63,927 nt of DNA, filler included, from Ionaspis alba (GCA_964255285.1; 3 parts of 3 records of this genome joined end to end with filler, not necessarily neighbours in it); one strand, 5' to 3'; counted from the whole stretch's first letter, positions 37,501 to 51,675 are shown. Numbers and translations: made by a program. The notes: generated from the sequence alone by a model not told the origin.

Positions 37501-38641
37501 AACAGGCGACAAAGTCGAAACCGCCCGCTGCGTCGCCATCTCTTCCAAACTCGTTTCCCGCACCCAAACCATCCACACCATAACCTCGCTTCCCTCTCTC
37601 GCCCGCAACAACCCCACAGGCCCCTCCTCGACCCTCGCCCTCCTAGCCGCCAACCCCTCCACCACCGCCCTGCTAATCGACGGCGACTCCCTCTCCTACC
37701 TCCTCCAACACCACCGCCACGCCTTCATAACCCTCGCCGTGCTCCTCCCAGCCGTAATAGCCTGCCGCTGTTCGCCGACCCAAAAATCCTCCATCGCCCT
37801 CCTGATCCGAACACACACGCGCAAAAAAGTCGCCGCCATAGGGGACGGCGGCAACGACGTCAGCATGATCCAAGCCGCCGACGTGGGCGTCGGCATCGTC
37901 GGCAAAGAAGGGCGCCAAGCCTCGCTGGCCGCGGACTTCAGCATCACGCATTTCCAGCACCTGCCGAAACTGCTCGTGTGGCACGGCCGGAACTCGTACA
38001 AGCGGAGTGCCAAGCTCGCGCAGTTCGTCATCCACAGGGGTCTGTTGATCAGTGTCGCGCAGACGGTGTTCAGTGTCGCTGCCGGGTTCGAGCCGAATGG
38101 CTTGTTCAAGGATTGGTTGATTGTGGGGTATGCGACGCTTTATACGCAGTTTCCGGTGTTCAGTCTGGTGTTGGATCGGGATGTCGATGAGGGGCTTGCG
38201 AGGCTGTATCCGGAGTTGTATCGCGAGTTGACGCCGGGGACGTCGTTGTCGTATCGGACTTTTTTGGTGTGGTTGCTTGTGTCGGTTTATCAGGGGGCGT
38301 TGATCCAGATTTTGGCGCAGTTTCTTACGCATAGTTATACGTCGCCGGCGATGATTGCGGTGGGGTTTACGTGCCTTGTGGTTAATGAGTTGGGGATGGT
38401 GGCTATGGAGGTCACGACTTGGCATTGGGTGATGTGGGCGAGTATTTTGGGGACGGCGGCGATATATGTGGGAAGTGTGCCGTTTTTGGGGGCGTATTTC
38501 GATCTGGAGTATGTGAGGAGTTGGGGGTTTGCGTGGAGGGTTGTGGCGATTTGTGCGGGGAGCTTGGTCCCGGTTTGGGTAGGAAAGTTGGTGAGGAGGA
38601 CGGTGAAGCCACCGAGTTATCGGAAGGTCAGAGGGGTTTGA
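34506..38641 (+). CDS. NEO1: P4-ATPase phospholipid flippase Neo1 (split in the ORF track by a false gap)
   Basis: NAISNAKYTPWSFLP; FIRTDQLDGETDWKLR; SDKTGTLTQN; WMLTGDKVETA; AIGDGGNDVSMIQ; C-terminal PPSYRKV. Confidence 0.96.
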
Positions 38642-39622
38642 TGTTGAATTCCAGGGTGGCAAGAAGTATAGAAACGGTGAGGGTGAGGATATGGGATGGC
38701 GTTTTGCGTATGGCATTCGCGAGTGTAGCATTTTCAGAGGATCAATGGAGTGCGATCTGCTTACAGGAGTCTAAGATTGGTGATACATACTCTATATTAG
38801 AAGCATCATTGCCAGCCAAGCAAGCATGATATAGACCACATCATGATGTACTCGAGTACCGGTAACAGGTCCCCCCGTTTCTCCATGTTCATGCCGCTAT
38901 GTACCAGCTATCTATGACCTTATATCATTGGTATCATCAACAATCCTCTTAATCCCATATCCCCTTTCCCACACCCATTCGCCCCTCCCGTCCATCCACT
39001 TATTGTGTCATGCCGAAAGTAAACAGCGTAAATGAAGCGCTCGCTTTGCATCTCGCTCGCTGTATTAAGCCCTCAGAAGCAGCCAAAACAAACACCGTCG
39101 AAGATCCATCCCCATAGCAGCGTGCTAATTTGGATAAAGATATTACACAAGAAAGAAATATAGGAAAAGCCCCCGTCTAGCCCTGGTACTCATTCACCGT
39201 CTAGCCCAGCACCCACGGGTCTAGACTGAGTGAAGTATAGTATAGTGGTATCCCCTCGCCCCAACTTCGCCGAACTGTTGCTTCTTCTCCTGCTTCCTCC
39301 TTATCCAAGCAAGCATGAAGTTAGCTATGTTGTAGATATGGGAGATGTGGTATCGAGGTAAAAAGATGTTAGAAAGCCGAAGGAATTGTGTGAGAGCAAG
39401 GAATGCAAAGGAATTACAAGAGCCTTATGTATGCGCCTAGAGAAGGAAGTGACCGAAGAGTGGCCGAATGGTAGGCCGGTCGAGCAAATTGGGAGCTTTT
39501 GTACGCCATCTCGCTCTTCTGGATTCATGGAGCGAGGTTGTTGTTCCAAGGGAGTGTTGACATGGCTATGTGTTTTCGCGTTCGTGTGCGGGAATAAACA
39601 GACCATGCAAGTCATCGAAGGA

Positions 39623-42600
39623 CTAGATGTGAGCTGTAGTCGCGACTTCAACAGGAGCAGCAGTGGAGCCCTTGCGTTCGCCAATGGGTCCATCCACGGT
39701 GCTAGTGTTTGTACTCGGCAGAGAACTGCTTTGTGGAGATTGGGTGTCTTCTGTAAGTAGAGGTGGAGTCGGAGCAGCTGAAGTATCCACATGTGAAGGT
39801 GGGGAGCGGTTGGCCGGAGCATGCGGATGTTGTTGGTTTGGACCACCATAGATCAGTTTTTCGATAGCTCCGACTTGTTTGCCGTACGAGAATCGCTTGA
39901 CCATTTGAAGGTGAGTCTTGACTAGGTCCATGAACGCATCGTACTGCGCTCCTCTTAAGAAGCAGAGAAGTTTCTCTATGGACATGTCAGTGCTGCATTT
40001 CTTAGACCACCAGAACAACTCAAGAGACTCACGGATGATGTAGTTCCCAAACTGATCTTTTATCAAATTCACAAGCGGATTCTCTCCTCTCTCATCCGGC
40101 GTAGTGACGAGACTAACGATCTTCTGTCGCTGTTGATCCGTTCCAAATTCAATGCTTTGCTCAACAACATTGCTTGCATATTTATGCTTCGAGAACATGA
40201 GTAGTTGAGCCGTGATGAGTGAGATGATCTTGACCCGATCTTCTGGCCTTCCGTGCTCGATCACATGCTGAATGACGTAGTTGCCGTACTGATCGACAAT
40301 GAGACTCGGAGCGCAGGCGTGCAGTTCTTCGAGTAGTTGTGATCTTGATGGCTCCTGACAATGCTCAAGCATACGTTGGACAACTCGACAGCCGTAGGGA
40401 TGAGTAGCAAGTCCGTGTACCTGTCCAGTGAAAGCATTGATGATAAACTGGATATGCTCTGCTGGGATCCTCTCAATAGCCTTTTGCACGACGTGGTTGC
40501 CGTTCTGATCCTTGACGCACTTCAGGACTTGGTGCTCAAGTTCTTTTACGAGTGAGGCTTGCTGATCCGTCAGGATGTGCTCGAAAGCCTAGACATGTCA
40601 GCCCCAACAATTCTTAGAACACATATTGCCAGCCAAACCTTCTGCACAACCCGACAACCATACATCTGCATCGACAACTCAAGAATGCGTCCCTTCATCT
40701 GGTTCGCCAGTATCTTCTTTTGTGGCTGATTCCCATGTTCGAAGAACTTCTGTATGACATAGTTCCCGAACACATCCGTCATCAACTGCAAGGAGTTGGG
40801 CAGAATCTCCCGGAAAACTTGTTCCTTCTCGTCGCTATTGGCGTTCTCCAGCTTTTGCTGAATGAATCGAGAACCGTGCTGGTCTCCACTAAACTCCACA
40901 ACATGATCATAGATATCCTGTTATTGGTCAGCTGGATCTCCCGTGACGGACTTCTTATCAAACTCACCTTGAGCTCGTATCGCTTGGTCCCTTTGCTGTG
41001 TGTTCTGAACTCCTCGAGCAAGCTGCTCCGAAGACTCTCGCCGGCAGTGCTGTCTATCGCAGGCACACGAGACACAGTGCGATTGTTCTGGTAGCCATTC
41101 ATAACCTGCAATGGATAGTACTGTGCCAGAGGATTCATCCGTAGCATGTTTTGCGGGTTGTAGTCATAGGGGTGTGTGAAAGGAGCTCGGAATTGAACAG
41201 GATTCGATTGCGCCATTGGGTAAGCTTGTTGTTCTTGCTGGAGCCCTCGTAGCCTTCGCTCAAGTAAAGCAGCTTGTCCGGTTCCGACGTTGCTACGTAC
41301 ACTTGCAATTGATGCTGACCGTTGATGATCGAGTAGGGGTGGAGTGCTGTTTGTTGGGTAGGTAGGACTGTCGTGGTTTCGACGAAATTCGTTGCTAGTG
41401 GGGGAATGTGAGGTACGGTCGCCGAACTGTATTCGATGCTGATTGTAAGGAGGAGCGACCGACGGTCCCTGTCTGTTGTCTACCTCCAATGAAAATGAGT
41501 TGCTCCGATAGCCGTTGACGTTGACTCCATAATTGCCGCTTGGATTGGAAGGTATGGTGCTTTGGGGATAGTCATAGTATGAATGATACGCAGACTCCTG
41601 ATTCTCCTTGCCAAGGTCCATCTTGTTCATCTGCACGGCCAAGTCATTGTACTGGGTAGAGGAAGCATGATCTGCGTATTTGCTAGTCCCATTCGTTGAG
41701 TAGGTAGAGGTGCGTGAAAGCTGGTTTGGCCGATGGGAATATGAATCGGAGTTGCCGTATGGAATTTGTTGTGAGTTTACTGAGTGTTCCACTCCGAATT
41801 GAGACGGCTGCTCGATTCCATGACGTGATGGTGGCAAGCTTCCGCTTCTGGATGCAGCGCTGCTGTTGTAGCCGGAATATACAGCGCTTGCACCAGATGC
41901 CGATCGCTGGGCAGTGTAGCCCATTTCGTTGTTGCCAAACACGATCGCATCAAGTTGTCGTCGAGTTGACGAATCACTGTTCTGGCGCCCAACCTTGACT
42001 TGCTGATATGCGTCGAATGCGCCAGGAGATTTGAGACTCCCAGATGTAGCGTCAAGATAACCTTGGTTCGAAGGTTTGTTGGACATGCCTTGTCCAATCG
42101 CTGATGGCTGGTTAGGTGAGAAGTATGGTGACTCGCTTCGAGAATGCTGAGGATTGGCTGTTCGATGCCGAGTAGGAGAGGTGCTGTCGTGAGTATTTCG
42201 CACACTGCCCAATCCTGGAGATATGCTGTTGTTGTTGACGGAAGGCCATTGCGAGCTCTGATGACGGTTCCAGGTATCTGATTCTGAGGAGGGCAGCAGG
42301 GAGCCGGAACCGGTGATGGCCTCTGAATTTTCTGGCACACTCGTGGCTATTTCTACAATAAGATAGATTAGCTAAAGGGCAGCTCGAGAGACTCAGCCAT
42401 GAAATACCTTGAGAACGGCTGGCGTCATTCAAGTTGTTTTTCAACCCACTACCAATCGCACTTCCCCAAATGCCTCCATTCCACTTCGAAGGATTGGCAA
42501 AGGCTTGTTCGATAGAAGATCCTTGAAAGCCTCGCGGCTGTTCAGTACTCGCAATGCCAGTAACTGGCCCATATTCTCCGAATCTGTTTCTGGTCTGACA

Positions 42601-42674
42601 GGGACGTATCAGTATGTCTCAGCTCTACTATATCCGCATAGCCTCCAGATGATGTATCTTACAGTAGAAGTCAT
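39623..42674 (-). CDS. PUF3: Pumilio/PUF RNA-binding protein (Puf3-like), multi-exon
   Basis: PUF repeats [56 protein letters not shown]; tiny first exon MTST followed by GTAAG. Confidence 0.88.
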
Positions 42675-45470
42675 AATGATGTTGTGTAACTGCTCTCTAG
42701 AGGTCTCCAACACGGGAATATCGTTGTGTTATATGTGCGGCTGAAAGTGGAATATAATGCGTGGCGGGAGCGCACCGAGTTGTAGTCTCTCAAGGCTAGA
42801 ATTGTGACTTGGAATGATCTTGCTCTGTGACAAAAATATATCAGCACGATTTCAACGGCAGCCTTGTGAAATTGGAGATCCTTAGCACGTACCTGTACAA
42901 AGTGGTGAGAAATCGCCCGATAGGTCGGCTATTCGATATGGTCCATGTACAGGAAGACGAAGAGGTACACGAGACACCTTTGATGATGGGGGAACCGAGG
43001 GATTATATGAATGCTGGAGTGAAATGCAAGGTGGAATTCTTCGTCGCGCGACCACCCCCTTCGTTTGCCCAGGCAAGAAAGGGTTGTGCAATCTTTTTCA
43101 GCAGGCACCCGTCCAGTGATCCGCCGCAGATGGAAAGATAATGTCTGTCTCCCCCGCAGCAGCAGTAGGCGACCAGCAAGCAGTCTCACCGCCGATTCGC
43201 CTCATGTGGATGAAGATGGAGAGAAGAGATAGAGAGAAGTGGGCATCTAGTGGGTTTGACGGTGGTGGTTTGAGTGAAGGATAAGCAAGGGGGACCGCAG
43301 CTGCGTAGTGTGGAATGTTGTGTTTGCTTCGTCTCTGGCGCTGAAGATGGGAGCCGGGGGGGTATGGTGTGAGTGGATGTGGTTAGGAGGGATGAGAGAG
43401 AATCGGGGCGTAGTAATCGTGTCACCAATACCCGTACCGGTGGAATCTGTCGGAAAGGATGGCCTTGAGAGAAGTCTCGAGAGTTTCTGTATAGAGAAGA
43501 AAGGCAGCAAACGGCTGTTCTGCTGGCTTGCCTTATTTTTGACACTTGGACCTTTGGCCGCTACTAACTACAGTACTACTATGACTTTCTGGCGTTTGGC
43601 GGCAGCACTACGGGTGATTTGCTACAGGCACCGGAGTGGTCGGCCCTCAAGTGTCCTTAGCTCCCCCGCTGTCCACCCGTCGTCCAGGGCTGATCTAGCC
43701 GGTCACTTTGGCTCTCTAGTCGTGATAATCATCCCGATCGGCGCTGAGCGAAATCTAGAAAAGTATCGTTAGCAGCGTGACATTCATGATCAAGTGCAAG
43801 AAGAAGAACACATCGATCATATTGTTGTTACCACCAAAGCAAGCACAGATAGCCGACCAGTCTTTTCCAATTCTCTTTTCCAGCCGCACAGACCAAAGTA
43901 GCTCAACTCCTCGCCAGCTGGTCCTGTAACGTGTAACGCCGTTCTCGTTACCCCAAGAACTGTGGATAATCGTTTATGCTCCAGGTCTAACAGCGCCAGT
44001 CACATCATCCGCACTCAGCCTTGCCTCTGCCCTGGAAACCTTCCGATTGCTGAGACGTTTCCTCTCCGCATCTCCGCATCTCCACCGTCTCCTTACTCGA
44101 TTCAAGCCTGTATGCACGCTGTACACTGTTGCTTCAACCTCCGTTACCGCTCCAGCAGTCTTCTTCCTCCGCATTCCAATCCTGTTCGTTTCCTGCAGCA
44201 CCAAGTTCGCAAGTGCCGTAGAGCTTGTCGCAAATTTCACGCCGATCATTGTCGTTGACTCTGCAGTGCATGGCTGCATTATCTCCTTTTGGTGAATTGC
44301 ATGACACTTAGCTTCTTAAGGGGTGGCAGACAAGTTGGAAGACTCCGATTCTGCCTTTAATTGGCCATTTCAGCCCGCTCATCTCTCGACTCTCGAATCC
44401 TTCCATTTTGTAGACATTGGAGGCAAATTCAGGCAATGAAGGCTCTAGAGTCTGTTTGTGGAGACAAGATAATCTCCATTGACTATCTTGAAATGATGCA
44501 TCAACTTGCAGATTGAGAAGACGCTAACAACGTTCAAGCGGACATTGCCATCTAAGACAATGAACTTCCGCAGACATCGGAAGCTATCTTTGAAAATACA
44601 GAATCCCAGAGTGATACATGTGACTCTCATTTCATCTTCTACTCTGCGTTATCGAGTTGTTAGAAACTGTGTTTGTCGTCATCGTATGAGGCTTGGACAA
44701 GACGCGAAGTAGAATGCGATCCACGCTTTCATGTCAAGTCCTTAACCTTCCACCAACCTTGTATAAGGACGAATGAATTCATTCCTTCCGTGCTGAAATA
44801 GCATGGGAAACGTGACAGAGCAGTTGTGTACAGTATCTGATGAGTTTTCTATATACGACTTGAGAGAATGGTGTTTCCCACATGTGTAGCAGGTACCGGA
44901 AACCAAGAGAAGTCCTGTCAAGAAGCATCCTTAAAGCAGAGGGAGGCCGGCTCCAGTATAAGATTTTCTGAGACAGCAGTCCTCCCAACTCTTTCGAGGC
45001 GTACATGCTTTTACTTACAAGCATGCCTAACTCGTTGTTTGAATCAGCTAGCGTCTGACAAACAGGTGTCGCCCAGCTTCTTGTCCTCTCTTTTCCTTAG
45101 AATCTCCAATGACTCGATAGGACAGCGGCCCGAACACTTCGGATCTGTTGCTACGATCTATCGATCAATGGTCGTTCAGTCACAGCTCACCCAGCCCTAG
45201 TGGCTGGGAATCCTGAAACACGTCTCTCGAGCGCCCCGACGGCATGGTCCACAGTAGAGCTCTCCCCACCAACTCTGTCCAACGGACGAGGCAAAGACGA
45301 TGCTCTGTCCTGATGCGTTCGACTTCCCGTTAACCTTTCAAGCGGCATGTCAACGCGCATTTCCGTATCTTCGCGCCTAGGAGAGGACGGGTAGAAATCG
45401 TCTTCCTCAGAACCTGGATTGTGCTGAATAGTGCTTGACTTGGGATGCAATTCGCTCAGCCCAGTGCTGT

Positions 45471-45570
45471 NNNNNNNNNNNNNNNNNNNNNNNNNNNNNN
45501 NNNNNNNNNNNNNNTTAATTAATTAANNNNNNNNNNNNNNNNNNNNNNNNNNNNNNNNNNNNNNNNNNNN
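45471..45570. other. Artificial contig linker N44-TTAATTAATTAA-N44
   Basis: Spacer at 45515-45526 embedded in Ns. Confidence 0.95.
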
Positions 45571-45891
45571 ACGACTCCAGGACTGGAACTTATTCAACGA
45601 ACCTTGACGTGAGCCTCGATACCCCTATATGAGCACAGAGCGCGATCGGGAACTGCGGCTTGCAATGGAGAGGTCATTTGAGGAACGCGAAAGGATCTGG
45701 AAGCTTGGTGGACGAGGCTGGTGGGCTGAAGGAGATGAATGTAACATTGTTTGGCCATCCCGAAGGAACAAGCCCCGATCGTCAATCATCAGAAAAAGCG
45801 AAGATAGCGGCATGCGTGGCAGTTTCCTTAGTATTTTCGAGAGCAACGAGCCACGTCATTCTTGCTAATCGTCGCATTTATTCGCAGCTAT

Positions 45892-48057
45892 CTATTCCAT
45901 GAGCAAACCCACAGCCCAAACCACATTCAACGTTCTCAAATCCCCATAATGCTGTCCCACTCCCAGAAACACCACTGGGATACCCGTAGCATGAACCATA
46001 CTGACTAGACTCCCCACCATGTCACCCACTGTGTCACACTTGCTAATAATAAACCCATCCAAACCCCTCCCAGGCCCAAACGCCTTGTTGAAATTCCTCG
46101 CCTGTGCCACACTGTCACTCCCAACCAGCGCCTCTCCAACCATAAGAATCTTATCCGGCTTAGCCAATTGCGCGAACTTCTCCAAACTTGACATCAACCT
46201 CGCATCGTTGTGTCTCCGCCCCGCCGTATCAATGAGCACGACATCAAATTTCCCCGCGACTGCGTAAGCCACGGCATCTTTGGCAATGTTCGCCGCATCC
46301 TTGCCGTACCCCTTCTCAAACAACTCGATCTGGCCACGGCCCTCGCGGGCACTCAACTCCTTCAGGTTGCGCGCGTGCACACGAAGCTGCTCGACGGCGC
46401 CAGAACGGAAGGTGTCGCAGGCGGCGATGAGGATGCGGAGGTCGTTTTGAAGGAGGAAAAAGGCTAGTTTAGAGAGATTGGTGGATTTGCCGACGCCGTT
46501 AACACCAACGATTGAGATGACGTAAGGACGAGGGGGAGGAGAGAGAGGATTTAGAAGGGAGGGCCGTGTGGTGGTCTCGATAGAGCGGAGGAGGTCAAGC
46601 GAGGTGGTTGGTGTGAGGATCTTGCGGAGGGAGGACTCCATTGAGGTTCGGATTGTGGCTTCGACACCTGTGACGGGACATCAGTAGGGTTCCGATTTGT
46701 GCTTTGGGAAAGACGTACTCTCGAAACTGCCTGTCTTGACGCCAACCAGTTCCCGCTCCACGCCTTCGCAGAGACGTACCGCTGCCTCGCGGGCAACGTT
46801 TTTCTTCAGCAGATGCTCTTCCATACCTCTCATCGGTTTTGCCAAATCCTCTTTAGTAAGAACTTTCCCACCAACCACATTCCGGAACAGGCCACTAATA
46901 GCACTCAGACTCGATCCGACTACACCTGATGTAGATGGTTTGTCTGAGGCTTTCTTTGCACTTGCTCCTTGCAGTATAGAGTGTACCTCGCTGTCTAGGT
47001 CCTTTAGCACAAACTGGCCCTTGCCAGTTCTGGTTCCGAATGATTCCGGGTTGATGTCTTCGACAGCCGCCGATCTCTCTTCTGACTCTTGCCCATCCAC
47101 CTCTGGCGTGACCGTTGAATAGTCCAACGTCACTTCGTCGTCTTCAACTGCGAGACCGTCTGCATCCCATCTTCTCATCTTCTTTGGCGCGCCCTTTGTC
47201 GGCTTCTGCTTTCGCCATGCTTCGTCACCTGAGGAGACATTGGCCGAGAGAGCTGCGGCTTTCTTTGCCCGTCTTGAGGTCCCTTTGGGGCCAATTGAGC
47301 CGGAGAGCAGATGCGCGGATGGTGTGGTCGGGCGAGATGTATCGGGCGTCTGCAAAGGTGTGGCATCATTCGAGGTGTGATTACTACCAGGCGCATGCGG
47401 TGAAGCTACCCCCGGACTGTTAGCTAGAGCTCTCTATCACTGGAGGTGACCGCTACTTGCGCTTCAGAAGACCCGGTATGGGAGGTGGAGGCTCTTCCAC
47501 TCCAGCATCTGAGCTCGATGGCGGTGTTACCTCATCAGGTGTTATGCTCGATGCTGGAAGACCTTTATCCGTTGAACCTTCCAGCTCTTTCAATTGCTGG
47601 TCAAAATATGGATCGAAATCGCACTCTACAACACTAGTATGAGGTTTCTTCAGTTGGTCTCCATATAGATCCACGAATATAACCTTGAGATTATCTAAGA
47701 GCTTGTCGATCCAGGATAGTTGTAATAAAGATTGATACACTGCCTATGCCAGAGGCAGCTTACAATTAGCATTGTTCCACCTCATGGGCTTATGGCTCTT
47801 CCTAGGAAGTATATACATACAACAAATATTAGCCCTAGATCCTTTACCGTCGTCCACTTTAGGGTATACTGGTCCTTTCTATAGGGCGGGTTCCTGGCAG
47901 CGGAGGCATCATCTGCGATGCTCGCGCCAGGAAGGACCTTTTCCTCGATGAAGACGTCTTTAATCAGCGAGTTGATAACACTGGCGCCGACTGGAACATA
48001 AGACCTTGACCAAAGCACGATTCCTGACGTGGTCAGGATTTCGAAGCTATCAAGCAT
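45892..48057 (-). CDS. SRP101: Signal recognition particle receptor alpha subunit
   Basis: MLDSFEILTTSGIVLWS longin start; GVNGVGKSTNLSK; ACDTFRSGAVEQL; DTAGRRHN; SKCDTVGDMVG; GVGQHYGDL. Confidence 0.95.
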
Positions 48058-48276
48058 CTTTGCGATTACTCCAAGTCTTCAAAGAGACGGAAACCACCGT
48101 CCCTCCAGGACTAGAAGAGCGTCATGGCTTGGCAGGGTCTGGTCTCGAAATAGGCGAGAGCTACAGTATGCTTTTCCAGACACGACACATACAGCTGGAA
48201 AGTCCGGCTTTCTACAACGCGCCTTCCACCAAAGCAATACGAGCTCATACTGGACACGCTGTCGATTATATAGGCA

Positions 48277-49436
48277 ATGCAACGACAACCATACGCTCCA
48301 CCCCCAGCTCATTCACCTCCACTGCACCATCCAGTGCCTCAACATGTCTCCACCGTCCCAATGATGCGATCTCCTCCCCCTCCTGCGCCCCCATCGCAGG
48401 CGGGCTCAGGTTATGGAACTCCCTACGGAGGACACATGAATCAGGCGAACAGTGGAGGAGGTCAATTTGCACCCAACTTCGGTGGCTTCATAAACGATCC
48501 AACGGCGCAGATGGGTTTCCAGGTTGGAAAGAGTGCGGTGATGGCTGGCCAGGAATATGTGGAGCAACATGTAGGATTATGCCTTGACCACGGGGGCGGC
48601 ACTTCTCATACTGAATCAACTGTAGGTCAATAGATACGTCTCAATATCGGCTCTCAAGCCCTACTTCAATGTCACGACTTCCTACGTACTACGAAAACTA
48701 CTGCTTGTGCTCTTCCCCTGGCGTCATAAGCCATGGTCACGACAGCAGCGACCCTCTACGACCGGGACGCAGGACCAGTCCAGCTACTCCTATTACTTTC
48801 TCCCACCTCGAGAAGATCTCAACTCACCAGACATGTACATTCCGGTCATGGCATTCGTGACATACGTCCTACTGTCGGCTCTCTTGGCAGGACTTCGTGG
48901 GGTCTTCCATCCTGAGGTGATGGGTGGAACATTCTTATACGCCTCGGTGATTGTGACCCTGGAGATAATTATATTGAAGCTAGGGACATACCTTCTGTCG
49001 ATCACGAACGAATCTCAGCTCCTCGATCTCATCGCTTACTCGGGCTATAAGTTCGTTGGAGTCATAGTTACAATAGTGATATCAGAAATAGTGAACCTGG
49101 GGAAGGGAACAGGTGGCTGGGTTGGATGGACGGTCTTTATGTACACCTTTTTGGCAAACGCGTTCTTCCTGGTGAGCTCGTCGCTCCGTTCCAATTGATC
49201 TTGGAGAGATTGCTAACAGAATTTTCTAGCTCCGCTCCCTTAAATACGTCCTCCTGCCAGACTCATCCGCCCCCACTGGTAGTGGTATGACGAACACGGT
49301 CGGACGGTCTCAGAGAAACAGAAGGACACAATTCTTGTTTCTGTATGCGTATATTGTTCAATTTCTGTTTATGTGGATATTAAGCAAGCAGGACAGTTCG
49401 ACAGGACGGGCTGGGAAGATAAAAGGTGGACCGTGA
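48277..49436 (+). CDS. YIF1: Yif1/Hrf1 ER-Golgi membrane protein
   Basis: DPTAQMGFQVGK; FPWRHKPWSR; PREDLNSPDMYIPVMAFVTY; DLIAYSGYKFVG; FFL|LRSLKYVLLP. Confidence 0.93.
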
Positions 49437-49769
49437 TCCAAGCATAACCTTCATCTTAGTCGGAGTTGCATATAGACCCCAAAAATCATTCACGTCTCGT
49501 TTATTGATCAGGTTGTAGCGTCGTGTGAGGGAGTTCTTCCCGTTCTTCGACCATGAAGTCTTGCAGCGCGTTGCAGGACGTACAAATGAGTATGATAGGG
49601 TCACAAGCCACCTGGTTACCCGTTGCGACACAAAACGTGGACACGTAAGAAGCCACAGGCTAATTGTGTATAGAGCACACTGTACAGAAGCTATCATTCT
49701 CGAGCTTGTTCTGATCCGGAAGAATGCTCTCGATGCAGCTAAAAAAAAATTGAAAGGAGAGCTCTAGTT

Positions 49770-50484
49770 CTACAGGACCGAAAGGTCTCCAAATTTTTCC
49801 TGTAGACCCTATCAGCACTATTTCTCTCGCACAGGGGATTTGCAAGTTTCCGTACCTTGTAACCAGGAACCTGCCAGCGACCCTTCGAAACGAGCTGCGC
49901 AGTACGCTCATCGATATCTGGCCGAGCAGCAACAACTTCGTCCTTAGCGGGCGATCTAAGTCAGCTTTTTTCCTGTTCTTTATTGTAAACACACCAAGCG
50001 ATATACACATACCACTGTCAAATCCTCAAACGGTCTCGCACTCTCAATATTCTGCAACGTCTTCTCCAAATCCCCCAACTCCCGATCTACCATACCCTTC
50101 GTCTCCTGTGCATTCTTCACCGCTTGCGCCTCAAACGCCTCGATCGCCTTGATTTGTCTGTTGACATCGTACGTCGCGGGTTTGAAATTCTTGAAATGCC
50201 CCTCGATCTCGTCCACGATTGCCTGGTTCTTGAGCTGGGAACGGTACGCACTGAAGTTGATGGACTGCGGTGCGTCAGAGAGGAGCTGAACCTTGCGGCG
50301 GGCGTCATCATTGCGCTTTTTGAAGGCTGCAAGGGCGGCGGCGGTCTGGCCTTTCAGGCCGAGCGAGGTGCCAATTTGGGCCCAGTCGATCTTCAGGGCT
50401 GCGCTTCGCTATCGAGATAGACCATCAGTTGCTGCCATTGAGAGAAGATGCAGACCTGGGAGAGCGCTTGCGGAATACTTACTC
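49770..50484 (-). CDS. ATP7: Mitochondrial ATP synthase subunit d
   Basis: [43 protein letters not shown]; terminal EKFGDLSVL*. Confidence 0.93.
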
Positions 50485-50860
50485 CGACAGCCATGGTAGC
50501 GTCAATGGGGTTGGAGAGTGGAGAGGGGTTTGGAGCATAGATTTCGTGACGAATGTGGTTGAGGTTGGAGCTACTTCGGCGGCATCTCACGATAGGGCTG
50601 ATATCACATGATCTACCACATCCTTGCCCCGGTTCTTTGGTGAAATAAAAAAATAGAATCATTATAATTCACACTCTCAGACTTGATAATAAGATTCTAG
50701 CAGATAGTCAGGTACCATATGCTATATAATGCAGTAGGAGACGAGCACACTATTCGCTAATCTGAAAATGGCATCCAGGACATTTGCGCTTGGCGACTTT
50801 TTGGTATCCTCTGGCACGAGGCCATGATGACAGGAGCTAGAACTAGCCGTTTCTTGTGTC

Positions 50861-51675
50861 CTACATACTCAAAGCCATGATCGAGTTCACGATGTCATTC
50901 TCATTGTCCTTCAGAGCCTTGACAGCTTTCTTTCTTGACACACTGGCCTGAGCCATCACGAGCTCAATATCCTTTGCTTCCAGCCCAGAGTCGTCCACCT
51001 CTTCGTCGTCGTCGTCATCCTCCTCTTCCTTCTTAGCGTCACCGGAGTCAATGGCTTTGCCCTTGCCGTGGTCATGAGCATGATTGTGACCGGCGTGGGA
51101 GTCTCCAACGCTTGCACTATCCGCTTGTGCCAACTGCGAGGCCGCGTTGGCTTGAGCTTGAGAATTCAAATCTTCAATCTTCGCTTCGCCAAAGATGCTG
51201 CGTATTGCGTCAGTATCCATTCGCAGTCGTGAAGTTTTACGGAGATCTAGGCACAAGAAACTCACATCCACGTATTGCTCGTAGGCGATTTGTAGACATC
51301 CGGATTACTAATGACGAATAAGATCTGTATCAACATATCAGTATCGTAAGCAGAAATGCATTATAGGATCGGTTATTGAAGCAGCCTCGTCCTAGATCCC
51401 AGAGTCCAACTTAGGAGGGCTTGACCTACATTCTTAGGTCTCCTCAGCGTGACTCTTGTAATGCCCGGAACATGCTTCAGTCCGAGCTTTGCAATCGACT
51501 TTCGAGCTTTCTTCTCATTGCGCGAATGCACCGTCACAGACGAGCCTCCTGCAGTGCCAGCTTCTCCCACCTCACCACCCTCCGCTTCAGAATCAGAGCT
51601 GCTTGATGCATCCTCTATTTCAGCCTTCTTGGCTGGTGGGTCGTCTGGGAGCTCTTCTATACGTGGATTGGACAT
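50861..51675 (-). CDS. EGD2: Nascent polypeptide-associated complex subunit alpha
   Basis: [45 protein letters not shown] domain [21 protein letters not shown]. Confidence 0.95.

Noticed and set aside
37673..38731. 352-aa antisense ORF over NEO1
   Set aside because: Shadow ORF produced by the biased codon composition of the real gene
43900..45470. Short ORFs and splice-like signals next to the linker (e.g. 45187-45450 minus)
   Set aside because: No recognisable domain and multiple stops; may be a truncated or decayed gene but cannot be supported
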